Of a stretch of 59,348 nucleotides of DNA, positions 46,831 to 55,413 are shown one piece after another. The stretch's first letter is position 1, and each line of letters starts with the position of its first letter. Made by a program: the position numbers and the translations under genes. The stretch comes from a virus (taxonomy: Duplodnaviria; Caudoviricetes): IMG/VR virus record IMGVR_UViG_3300032242_002944, positions 1-59,348 of that record. One strand, given 5' to 3'. The notes below the pieces were generated by a model. It did no database searches, was not told the DNA's origin, and saw only the letters and a list, made by a program, of their open reading frames with translations.

Positions 46831-46988
46831 CGGAACGTGGTCCAGGCGATCACGGGAGTGTCAAACGACAGGTAGTCGCCATCGATACTGGATCGTAGGG
46901 GGGCGGAGCAGTATCGCCAGTCGGAGCGGGGGCTGACTTTTACACGGATTCCGCTCCGGGTGAAATATCCGGCGTAGGGTGGGAACAT
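46827..46988 (-). CDS. First microprotein array member (53 aa, MFPPY...AWTTFR)
   Basis: Manually translated; leaderless promoter upstream. Confidence 0.6.
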   Translation of the reverse strand: MFPPYAGYFTRSGIRVKVSPRSDWRYCSAPLRSSIDGDYLSFDTPVIAWTTFR

Positions 46989-47023
46989 CGGACAGTGGTA
47001 CCACGCGATTTGGGACTGTGCAA
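46989..47023 (-). promoter_or_regulatory. Leaderless promoter of microprotein array
   Basis: TTGCAC-17 nt-TACCAC-6 nt-ATG with extended TG. Confidence 0.5.
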
Positions 47024-47039
47024 ATTGTTTGGAAGGGGG

Positions 47040-47195
47040 TTGACAAGTGTTGTGAGGCGATTTACGCGCGCCCGCGCGGAAACTTTCTACTCTACTACTC
47101 TCTAATAATCTATATATATATAGTATAATAGTAGTAAAGGGAAGAGAGTTTTTCCTGCGCGTGCGCGCGTAAGTCTTGGCCGAGAGTCTGTCAAG
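47040..47195. other. Imperfect palindromic AT-cored element 2 (inverted relative of 8102-8259)
   Basis: TTGACA..TTACGCGCG..pyrimidine tract-CTATATATATATAG-purine tract..GCGCGCGTAAGTCT..TGTCAAG. Confidence 0.55.
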
Positions 47196-47263
47196 GGGGG
47201 TGGACGATTATTTGCGAGGGTGAGGCTGATGTGGTTCTTTAGAGTCGGAGGTTCCAGTTAGCG

Positions 47264-47611
47264 ATGGCCAACCATGTTATCTATCTGAGCCCTGAGAACG
47301 AAGAGTTCGTCGGGGAGATTTGCCGGCAGGAGTCCTGCAAGGTTTCGAAAGCCGTGTCTATCATCCTGACCGAATGCCGCGCCGCGCGGTCTAGCGCCCC
47401 TGGGGGCGGCGTCGTGTCGTTCGTGGACGCGGTCATCGCCGAGCTTTGGGCCATGGGGTATGTCCGGTTCCCGACCCACGCCGAGGCGGCGGCAATGGGT
47501 TGGTCGCTGGATTATTACAAGCGAGCGGCCAAGGACCGAGCTTGGATTTCTGCTTCGTTGCACACCCGGAGCCTGCGGTCGGCCGGTGCCCGGGAGGCGG
47601 CGGGGACGTGA
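47264..47611 (+). CDS. Hypothetical protein, possible ribbon-helix-helix N-terminus
   Basis: GGAGG RBS; HVIYLSPE...VSKAVSIIL. Confidence 0.55.
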   Translation: MANHVIYLSPENEEFVGEICRQESCKVSKAVSIILTECRAARSSAPGGGVVSFVDAVIAELWAMGYVRFPTHAEAAAMGWSLDYYKRAAKDRAWISASLHTRSLRSAGAREAAGT

Positions 47612-48603
47612 AGAGGCCCCGTCGCCGGGTAGACGCCATCCGCTGGAAGGCCCGCGCCGAGCAGACCTTGGGGCTGAGGGCGGTGCTGGAGATGTTCGCC
47701 CAGCGGCTGATCGAGAACGGGGCCTACAAGCCGGGCTTCGAGCTGCGGCCGGGCAAGCCGCACCCCTGGATGACCGTGGACGAGGCGGCGCTCCTGAAGT
47801 CCAACTACCGCTGGCTGTGCGAGCGGCTGTGGGGCGGCGCGCCGGCCGGGATGACGTGGGAGCGGGAGCCGTGGATAGAACTGAAGGTGAAGTGGTACGA
47901 CGGGGAACTGAAAAAAATCGTACACAAGCTCATGGCGGCTTCACTCCGGGACCGCGCGCTCCTGGGTTTTACCAAGGGGTCGAAAGACTTTTTGCAATTC
48001 TGCATCAAGATTACAGCCATGGCGTACGGCTTCTCCGGCGGGTCCGACGTGGGGTCCGCCGAGAACGGCGGCGGCCTGGCTGTCCGTGACCAGGCGGCCT
48101 GGGACCTGGTACGCCGTATCCGCCAGGCGCCGAGTATGTCACAAATCGAAGGAGCAATGGAGACCATGAAGAACATGGATTTGTATAAAATCAAGATGCC
48201 CGAGGGCTCGGTAGCGGCGGGAGAAGACATTCACGTGGACGCCACGTTCCACCTACCGGCCTGGCTCGCGCGGCGGCTGCGGGACCTCCGGCTGCGATTC
48301 GACACCACGCGGTCCTGGGTCGCCGAGCAGGCGCTGGCCTACGCGTTTGAGCAGGAAGCATTTATTGCAAGACTGGAAGGCTTGGCGGCTGCGGGTCAGG
48401 TGCCGGGTCCGCGGGGCATCCCGCTGGCCGCCCGGGACCCGGAGGCGGGCCGGGCACGGCAGAAAAAAGAAAAAGCGACGTACAGCAAGTTCCTGCAACA
48501 GAAAGAGGCTGAGCGGGCGGCCAAGCGGGCCGCGAAGCGGGCGGCCAAGCAGGCGGACGCCGAGGCTTACGCGGCGGGACGGCCGAAGCCGGGTGGGTCG
48601 TGA
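47608..48603 (+). CDS. Hypothetical protein with RHH-like domain and basic tail
   Basis: GTGA-coupled; ATFHLPAWLARRL...TTRSWVAEQAL; RAAK repeats. Confidence 0.6.
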   Translation: MKRPRRRVDAIRWKARAEQTLGLRAVLEMFAQRLIENGAYKPGFELRPGKPHPWMTVDEAALLKSNYRWLCERLWGGAPAGMTWEREPWIELKVKWYDGELKKIVHKLMAASLRDRALLGFTKGSKDFLQFCIKITAMAYGFSGGSDVGSAENGGGLAVRDQAAWDLVRRIRQAPSMSQIEGAMETMKNMDLYKIKMPEGSVAAGEDIHVDATFHLPAWLARRLRDLRLRFDTTRSWVAEQALAYAFEQEAFIARLEGLAAAGQVPGPRGIPLAARDPEAGRARQKKEKATYSKFLQQKEAERAAKRAAKRAAKQADAEAYAAGRPKPGGS

Positions 48604-48914
48604 CGCTCGACGACACGGTGACCAAGGCGGACATAATCCGCACGATCCGTCTGCTTGAGACGGAAGGCTGGGGCGGGGGTCGCGGCGGGCTGGACCAAAG
48701 GGTCGACCGCCTGGGGGTGCCCTATGCCCACATCGCGGAGGAGGCCCTCCGGGAAGCGGCGGGTGGGGGCCTGTGGCGGGTGGCGGTCGGAGACGAGGGG
48801 CGGGTGGTCGCCGCAGCTCTCCGAGCCCTCTCACGGGAGAGCCAAAAACAAGGGGTCCGTCAGGAGGCTCGCGGCCGTAAACGCGTTTCTGGGACCGGGG
48901 TGGGGGGTAGGTAG
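48600..48914 (+). CDS. Hypothetical protein
   Basis: GTGA-coupled. Confidence 0.5.
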   Translation: MTLDDTVTKADIIRTIRLLETEGWGGGRGGLDQRVDRLGVPYAHIAEEALREAAGGGLWRVAVGDEGRVVAAALRALSRESQKQGVRQEARGRKRVSGTGVGGR

Positions 48915-49154
48915 CCTGACGGGGTGTCGACGCGTTTAAAACGATTCTGGGACCAAGCGACCTGCGGAATTTGGCTGTAAGATAATTGACAAGCATGTCA
49001 GTTCGATTTCGGCCGAGATTTGTGGGGGTTATATGGGCGGATACGGGGTGGGGAGGGGGGGAACCCCCCCAACCCCGGGGGCCGCAGCCCCCACCGGGGG
49101 CGGGAGCCCCCATCCGACATGTAGGTGGAGTGCGCCTACCTACCTACGTGTAGG

Positions 49155-49195
49155 TGGCATGACTCTTGCCTATCAGGGGGTGGCACGAACCTTGC
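49155..49195 (+). promoter_or_regulatory. Two tandem sigma-54 (-24/-12) consensus sites
   Basis: TGGCAT-GACTC-TTGC (49155-49169) and TGGCAC-GAACC-TTGC (49181-49195). Confidence 0.6.
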
Positions 49196-49265
49196 CTACG
49201 GGGCGCGACCGGGGGCGGGGTATGACTTCCGGATTGTCAATCCGGGGCCGAGGCGAGCCGTAGGC

Positions 49266-49421
49266 TCACACTGAGCGGGGCCAGACCAGCCATAGACCCA
49301 CGACGATGCCTCCGAAAGGGCCTCCGATGGCGAAGCCTACCGACACACCGGCGACGAAGATCGACGCCATGATGGAGAAGGCGATGACTCGGCCGAAGGC
49401 GAAGGCGATTTCGTCATTCAT
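49266..49421 (-). CDS. Small membrane protein (51 aa, two TM segments)
   Basis: MNDEIAFAFGRVIAFSIMASIFVAGVSVGFAIGGPFGGIVVGLWLVWPRSV. Confidence 0.5.
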   Translation of the reverse strand: MNDEIAFAFGRVIAFSIMASIFVAGVSVGFAIGGPFGGIVVGLWLVWPRSV

Positions 49422-49584
49422 TAGCTACTTTTGAGGCAAAAAAGGGCAATTGTCAAAGCAAAAGCGCGCCTTCCTTATAAAAAGGGTGCGAAAATGTAGT
49501 CCCTTACCGATCGGTAAGCTGGCCCACCCTTTGCTACACCGCGTTTTTTCTTGACCTCTGCTCAAATCGTGTCACTGTTTGAAT

Positions 49585-49767
49585 ATGCACTCTGCTCAAA
49601 AACTGTCCGCCTCCGACGCCGCCGCCGCAGCTCGTCTCGCCCTCATGGTCTCCGATACCATGCACGCCGCACGCGCCTACGGCGCGGCGGCGGCGTGGAG
49701 CCGCACGGCCTTCCACCTCGCCGCCATCGCGGCTCGCTCCGCTCGCCGTGCCTCCCCCGCCCGCTAA
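49585..49767 (+). CDS. Ala-rich hypothetical protein (putative early gene)
   Basis: Follows TTGACC promoter-like sequence; C-ending codons. Confidence 0.55.
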   Translation: MHSAQKLSASDAAAAARLALMVSDTMHAARAYGAAAAWSRTAFHLAAIAARSARRASPAR

Positions 49768-49786
49768 CCCGAAAGGCTCCCCCACC

Positions 49787-50074
49787 ATGTATACCATCGA
49801 AGTCCGCGCCTACGCCCCCTCCGTCTCCTGCCGCCACGCTGTCCTCGACGCGGCGCTGGCCCTCGTCGTCGCCCGTGAATCACCGCTTGCGTGGGCCATC
49901 GACGGCGGCGCGTCCGTCTCCCCCGGCGACCCTGCATGGCTTTGCGGCAACGTTGGGTACCCCAAGACCGACGTCGACGTTGAGGGCGCCGTCCTCATTG
50001 CCTCGCACGCATGGCGCAAGGGGTACGCGGCCGAAGACGCCGCGCCCACCGAACGCATGATCCCGCTGGTCTGA
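49787..50074 (+). CDS. Hypothetical protein (putative early gene)
   Basis: GAAAGG RBS; C-ending codons. Confidence 0.6.
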   Translation: MYTIEVRAYAPSVSCRHAVLDAALALVVARESPLAWAIDGGASVSPGDPAWLCGNVGYPKTDVDVEGAVLIASHAWRKGYAAEDAAPTERMIPLV

Positions 50075-50223
50075 CCTCCGCCACGGCCCACCCCGCTCCC
50101 ACGGCCCCGCTCGCCCACGCGACCGGGGCCGTTGTCGTTTGCGCACACACCAAAATGCGCCCACGAGGTTGCCACAATCCCGCCCGCATGGCATTGAATA
50201 CTATCCAACCGGAGGTCCCAACC

Positions 50224-50598
50224 ATGCCCATCCACCCCGCCCGCCTCTTCACACTTCGAGTCCGCCTGACGGACAACAGTCTCGTGACAATCAACGCGGA
50301 AGAGGAAATGGCTCCGCAGTTCGGCCCGCAACCCCGTATCCTTGTCGAGGTCATCCACAAGGGCCAGCCGGTCTTCCCCCTGGGCGCGCTTTGGTGTTCC
50401 CTCGCGCCGGCATCCCGCGCCACCATCGACGGCCTCGAAGCCCGTTCCTTGGTCCTCAGCCTCGTCGCCATGCGCCCCGGCGACACCGATAGCGAGTATT
50501 TCAGTATGTACACCGCCGCCCAGCGTGAGTGGGCGGAGGCTCACGGCGAGTACCTCACCATGGTTGCCGAAGAGCGCTACGGCGCCGACGCGATCTGA
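50224..50598 (+). CDS. Conserved-looking phage hypothetical protein (putative early gene)
   Basis: GGAGG RBS; MRPGDTDSEYFSMYT..QREWAE.HGE.L. Confidence 0.7.
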   Translation: MPIHPARLFTLRVRLTDNSLVTINAEEEMAPQFGPQPRILVEVIHKGQPVFPLGALWCSLAPASRATIDGLEARSLVLSLVAMRPGDTDSEYFSMYTAAQREWAEAHGEYLTMVAEERYGADAI

Positions 50599-50667
50599 CC
50601 CAACCCCGACCCCGCCCCGCCCCGGCGCCTCACGGCCCCGGGGCTTTCGGCGTTGGAGGTCCCAACC

Positions 50668-50892
50668 ATGCACACCGCCTATCAGACATGCGCCGATTGT
50701 TCCGTAGTCCTTTCCAACGATGACGCGTCTCACCTGCCCGACGCCGCAGCCGCCCGCACCTTGGCGGGCGTCCAGCGCCTCGGTGCCGTGAGCTACCTCG
50801 GTCCCCTCGTCTCGCCGCAAACGGCGCCTTGTGCCTGCTGCGGCGCCCGGCGGGCCCTCGCGGACGCGTGGGCGAAGTTCCCTGCCCGCTAG
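50668..50892 (+). CDS. Small zinc-binding protein (CxxC...CxxC)
   Basis: CADC...CACC; same 17-bp leader GGAGGTCCCAACCATGC as 50211-50227. Confidence 0.6.
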   Translation: MHTAYQTCADCSVVLSNDDASHLPDAAAARTLAGVQRLGAVSYLGPLVSPQTAPCACCGARRALADAWAKFPAR

Positions 50893-50948
50893 CCAACCCT
50901 AGGCCCGCGATCGCGACCCCGTCCCCCTGACGGGGTCGCACCGGCCCA

Positions 50949-51139
50949 CCGATGTAGGTGCGCATATGCACGCCAGCCCGCCGCACGGAGCCCCGCCCCG
51001 CCCACACGTCGGTGGCGCGCCTATGCGCACACCACCGCACCCCACCTACATGTCGGCGCTCATGCGCGCCTACATTTCCCGCGCCCCGCCGCACCTACAT
51101 GTCGGTGGGGCGCTTCTGCGCGCCCCACCTACACGCCCA
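50949..51139. repeat. Cluster of CACCTACATGTCGG operator-like repeats
   Basis: Exact copies 51043-51056 and 51092-51105, inverted exact copy at 49114-49127, degenerate copies at about 49143, 50949, 50999, 51067 and 51126. Confidence 0.7.
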
Positions 51140-51192
51140 ACAGCCTCGCGTGCTCCTATAGGGGAAGTTGCCAGATTTTTCGGACCCCTCAC

Positions 51193-51744
51193 CTAATATG
51201 CCGCGCACGCTTCCGCAAGTTCGTTTACCTCGAAAGCCGGCGGCTCGACACGGCACGGCATAAGGGCGACCTTGAAACAAGGGACGGCGTCGCATTCAAT
51301 GATTGTGGGGCCCTTGCCGTCCGCCCCTAAGGTCCCCCCCATACGAAAGCGGAGGGCTAGGTCACCCCGGACCCTCGCCTTCCCCGTCTCGGCTTTCCAC
51401 GCCGCCTTGAACGCGCGCACGATACAACCCAGGTAGTCGAGTCCATAACCTACGTACTCAACCGAGGCGCGTGGAGTGAACTGGTCGATACCGCCCCACA
51501 CTTGCCCGCGTAGCTCGTCTTCCGCCCCGTGCATATCCCACACAAGGGTTTTCGCGCCCTTGCATACGAACCCGCGCCCGCCAGGGGCGTTAGGCCATGG
51601 CGCGTCACCGGGGTCCACGCCCGTTATCTGGGCGAGCAAATGCCTGTTAGTGGCCATCAGCACCCCGCGACGAATGGCCATGATCTGCGAATACCCGTTA
51701 CCGGTGAAGGGGGATAGCACCCTTACGGCGTCGTCCCCTTTCAT
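51193..51744 (-). CDS. Hypothetical protein (possibly sliding-clamp-like beta fold)
   Basis: LMATNRHLL...; C-terminal VALMPCRV resembles clamp-like phage proteins. Confidence 0.55.
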   Translation of the reverse strand: MKGDDAVRVLSPFTGNGYSQIMAIRRGVLMATNRHLLAQITGVDPGDAPWPNAPGGRGFVCKGAKTLVWDMHGAEDELRGQVWGGIDQFTPRASVEYVGYGLDYLGCIVRAFKAAWKAETGKARVRGDLALRFRMGGTLGADGKGPTIIECDAVPCFKVALMPCRVEPPAFEVNELAEACAAY

Positions 51745-51820
51745 CGGAACACCTTACCCACGTGATACACGATCCAAATCGCTACGATCCACGCTACCAT
51801 TTTGCCTACCTTCCGCTACC

Positions 51821-52504
51821 TCAAAAATGCGCACAAGCGTCGGCGAAGCCTGACAGCTCCGCCGCGGCGTCGACGGCCTCCCGAATTGACGGCAAAGCAC
51901 GCGCGTCCGCCTCGATGCGTGCGAGGTCCTTTTGCAACCGCCGGATCTCCCCCGTCCCCGCGCCCGACTTGAGCGCTTCCGCTAGATCCGTTCTCATACG
52001 CGCAATGACGGACCGCACTACGTCTGGTCCACTCTCGGCCGTCGCGACATAGATCCGCGCCCACCCCGCAACGTCCGCCCGCAGCCGGCGGAGGTCACCC
52101 GTGCGCTCTTCGGGGACAAGCCATACGCCGGCTCGAACGCCGTACCCTAGCCGGTCTAGTGCATCGTAGACCGTCTCGCGCGCCTCGGGGATAGCGGGCG
52201 CGCACGCTTTCTCATACTCGCGGTCTAGCCCCCCGTCCCACGAAGGGCCCGCGCTGAACACCACGCGCCAAGAGTTACGAACCGAGGTCACGACAAGTTT
52301 TTCCGTCCAAGTGCCGCCGTCGACGGCCCCGAGACTGCCGCCGTCACGCTGTAGGATCCGATGCTGCTTTGCCGCGTAGACCAGTTTCAAATCCGCCCGA
52401 TCCGTCACCATGGCCGCAAGGGCCCGCCGGAGCGCAATTGACGCCGCGGGCGGCTTACAACCCGCGGGGACCCCGACAACGTCTACCCATACGATTTCAC
52501 TCAT
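51821..52504 (-). CDS. Hypothetical protein associated with MoxR/VWA pair
   Basis: ATGA-coupled to VWA gene; VRAGVWLVP segment and C-terminal coiled coil. Confidence 0.6.
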   Translation of the reverse strand: MSEIVWVDVVGVPAGCKPPAASIALRRALAAMVTDRADLKLVYAAKQHRILQRDGGSLGAVDGGTWTEKLVVTSVRNSWRVVFSAGPSWDGGLDREYEKACAPAIPEARETVYDALDRLGYGVRAGVWLVPEERTGDLRRLRADVAGWARIYVATAESGPDVVRSVIARMRTDLAEALKSGAGTGEIRRLQKDLARIEADARALPSIREAVDAAAELSGFADACAHF

Positions 52505-53598
52505 GTTCGTCCCTTCTTTCCGTCTTCGATTTGGATCACTTCGCCGTGCGAGGCGGGCTTTTTCCCGCCGGGCGTGACACACCAGATCAATTGCATCACC
52601 CTCGGCTGGTGGACACGCCCCTCCCCGTACCCGTCCGTAATGTAGACCAAGGACCGATAGCCCTGACCCTCAGCCCATCGGATAAGCGGGGAGAATTCCG
52701 TCCCGCCGCCGCCCATGGGCTCCCACGTCCGGCCCATGGAACGGGCTTTGCCAGTGGACGCCACTTGCGTATCGCCAGCAATTACCGTTATGTCACAATT
52801 CAGAGATTGCACAATCTCTTTCACCCGAGCGGCGGCGAATTTCAGCTCCCGTTCACCCATTGAACCGGACGTGTCAATGGCTATGCACACGTTGGGCCGA
52901 TGGCCAGTGATGCGTCCAAGGATGATCCCGTCCGAGACGCACGCCCCCAGCCGAGCTAGGCGCCCATAGTCGCGCGTCTCGGCGCCTTCTTTCGAAAGCT
53001 CCGTAATGAGCGACCGACGGAGGATTTGGTACCACCGGATCCGCCGCGCGGGCGGGGTCCCCGGCAACTGCCGGACGACCCAACCCGGAACATCACCTTT
53101 TGCCAACCCCGCGGATCGTGCGTCGTCGAACATTGCAGCGCCGTCTTTCGCGGCGCCTTCCGGGCAAGAATGCGCCGCCGCGTAGGCGGGATCGCCAGCA
53201 ACCCCGCCGTCTTCGCCTTCCCCGTCCTCCCCCTCCCCGCCGGGGTCCTGGTAGTATTCCTCCGCCGTGAGACCCTGGGCGCCCGCCCGCGAGACGGTAC
53301 ACCAGCGCAGATCCTTCATGGGCAATTCAAGCGATAGCTTCGCCGCGGCCCACCAAGTGTCTTGATCTTTCGAGACGCCGCGTGTGTAGTGGGCGAGCAT
53401 GTAGTGCAAGGCCTCGCGCGCAACGTCAGCCGGCCCGGCTGACGTGGGGAGCATCACCTTCCCGTCGCCGTGGGACGACGGGAGACGGTGATCGTCGGAA
53501 ATGTCCCATTTGATTGCCGCAAGCGTCGGACCGAGCCAGGGCCAAGCCCGGTCAACGGCCGCGATAGCAGACCAAACTTTGGTGACGCGGGGATTCAT
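52501..53598 (-). CDS. VWA-domain protein with N-terminal metallopeptidase-like (DUF2201-like) domain
   Basis: IDTSGSM MIDAS, DT, GGGGTEF, YITDGYG; REALH in place of HExxH; LTAEEYY. Confidence 0.8.
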   Translation of the reverse strand: MNPRVTKVWSAIAAVDRAWPWLGPTLAAIKWDISDDHRLPSSHGDGKVMLPTSAGPADVAREALHYMLAHYTRGVSKDQDTWWAAAKLSLELPMKDLRWCTVSRAGAQGLTAEEYYQDPGGEGEDGEGEDGGVAGDPAYAAAHSCPEGAAKDGAAMFDDARSAGLAKGDVPGWVVRQLPGTPPARRIRWYQILRRSLITELSKEGAETRDYGRLARLGACVSDGIILGRITGHRPNVCIAIDTSGSMGERELKFAAARVKEIVQSLNCDITVIAGDTQVASTGKARSMGRTWEPMGGGGTEFSPLIRWAEGQGYRSLVYITDGYGEGRVHQPRVMQLIWCVTPGGKKPASHGEVIQIEDGKKGRT

Positions 53599-54698
53599 CC
53601 GGTCACCGTCATGATGCGACGGGCAAGAGAAATGCTCAGGTTGGCTTTGAACGTGGGGACCATTGCCGCGATTTTGGGCGCAACAGCCTCCTTATGGTGG
53701 GTCGCCCAGCCTAGCAGACATTCGAAGGCGATCTCGCAATTCTCCGCCGTAGCAGCCTTCATGACGGCGTCCGCCATATAGGCAACTTGATCCGTGCGCG
53801 CGCCCGACGCGTTCCACGTCACGCGACCCGTCAAGAGATCCGTGACGCTGGGGAGGTCACGGTACGCGGCGTGCGCCCAAAGAGCGGCCCCCGCTTGCGC
53901 TCCGACGGCGCCGTTGATCAACATACGCTCGCCCGCAGGTCCGAGGCCGTGAAGCCGCGCCGCGGCCATGCCGCAAGCGGCGAGAGACCAAGCCCGGGGG
54001 GAGGGCCACGGGCTATCGCCCTCCCCGTCCTTCGGGCGGACGCGAGCCCACTGAGGATGGGCGGAGAGGAAAGATTCGATCTCGGCTCCGACGCCCGCGT
54101 AGACTTCGGAGGCCCTTGTGGCGAGGATCCGCCGGAAAGCTTGCCAGTCGGACAAGCCGCCCTCAACAATGCGCGACTTGTTTTGCACCAATTGCGCCCG
54201 CACCATGGCGCCCGTCTCGGCTCCGTTCATGACGGTCCACGGGATATGGATGAAGCGATTCGCTTGCGGGGGATCGAGGGGCAACCCGTTAGGCGAGTCG
54301 TCCGCCGAATTCGAAAGCGCGATAACGGCGACGTCACGCCCCAGGGCATGGCCCCCCACGCGACGATCCAACGTCAGCCCCAGGAGGGCCGGCCGGAGGA
54401 CGACGGGCGCCGTCCTAAGCTCGTCTACGATCACCAGCCCGCCGACGGCGACCTCGTCCGTCCAACCCGGGCGGGGATAGTCGACGACGCCCCCCACAAC
54501 AGCAGGGACGGCCCCGAAATATGCCTCCCCCGTCTCGCCAGGTGAGAGGAGTACGTAGGGCATACCGTGAGCCTCCGCCACGGCGGCCGCGACGGACGAC
54601 TTACCCTCACCGGGCGCGCCGGTGAAGAGACAAGGCACGCCCCAGCCCCAAGGGGTAGGAGTGAAAATCACGGCACGAATGATATCTGACATGTTCAT
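53595..54698 (-). CDS. MoxR-family AAA+ ATPase
   Basis: GAPGEGKS Walker A, VIVDEL Walker B, SN sensor, ANRF Arg finger, PSPRAW. Confidence 0.85.
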   Translation of the reverse strand: MNMSDIIRAVIFTPTPWGWGVPCLFTGAPGEGKSSVAAAVAEAHGMPYVLLSPGETGEAYFGAVPAVVGGVVDYPRPGWTDEVAVGGLVIVDELRTAPVVLRPALLGLTLDRRVGGHALGRDVAVIALSNSADDSPNGLPLDPPQANRFIHIPWTVMNGAETGAMVRAQLVQNKSRIVEGGLSDWQAFRRILATRASEVYAGVGAEIESFLSAHPQWARVRPKDGEGDSPWPSPRAWSLAACGMAAARLHGLGPAGERMLINGAVGAQAGAALWAHAAYRDLPSVTDLLTGRVTWNASGARTDQVAYMADAVMKAATAENCEIAFECLLGWATHHKEAVAPKIAAMVPTFKANLSISLARRIMTVTG

Positions 54699-54783
54699 GG
54701 TCTTTTTTCCTTTCGCGTCACTACGTGTTTCCAGCGTTCCAAGGCACTTTCCCCTTGCGCAAGTCTAAATCGCGTCTCAATAC

Positions 54784-55068
54784 TCAGTTAGCTCCGCCGC
54801 TATTCCGCGGCGGGGTGACCGCAGGTAGATCCAGCGGCCCCGCAGGGCGCGCCGGACGAGGGCCCGTTCCCATGGTGACAATAATTTCGTCCCCGTCAAC
54901 CTCGACATTGACCGGGGTACCCTTCGCCTCCGCCGCCTCTTTCATGCGGCGAACCACGAAATGGGTAAACGCTTCTTTCGTCTCGCCGATCATCCCGTTC
55001 TGTACGGGCTTTCCGTTCGACTGGTCCACGAGAACGGGGACCATCACAATTTTGAAAAACTTTCCCAT
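54784..55068 (-). CDS. Hypothetical protein
   Basis: GGAGG RBS before ATG 55068. Confidence 0.6.
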   Translation of the reverse strand: MGKFFKIVMVPVLVDQSNGKPVQNGMIGETKEAFTHFVVRRMKEAAEAKGTPVNVEVDGDEIIVTMGTGPRPARPAGPLDLPAVTPPRNSGGAN

Positions 55069-55413
55069 GAGTGCCTCCGACACGTTGGGTATGTGCTCAA
55101 TTCAAAAAACCGCAAGAAAAAACATTTCCGTGCCAACACTCCGGAGGCACGCCGCGTGCTACGCGCGCCCGCCACTGGCGCGCGCTCACGCCCGCCCGCT
55201 CCCGGGGGCACGCGCCCCTGCGCCCGCGCGCAGGCGTCCGCGCCCCCTGGCGGCAAGGAGAGTGAGGGGGTATCGCACGTCAAATACAGCAAATCCCCAG
55301 ATTTTTTAGGCCCCAGCCGCCAACGCGCCCGCGGACGCAGGCGCAGCCGCTCTCCGTAGCAGCCGGCGAAAATCCCGGAATGCACAGTATTTATTTTCGT
55401 GGTAAACTAATGC

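Noticed and set aside
43573-46988. Diversity-generating retroelement, integron or CRISPR as the source of the array
   Set aside because: No reverse transcriptase, no TR/VR pair, no intergenic attC hairpins and no nucleotide direct repeats between units were seen
55118-55136. Third sigma-54 site on the minus strand (TTGGCACGGAAATGTT)
   Set aside because: The -24 element is good but the -12 GC is missing
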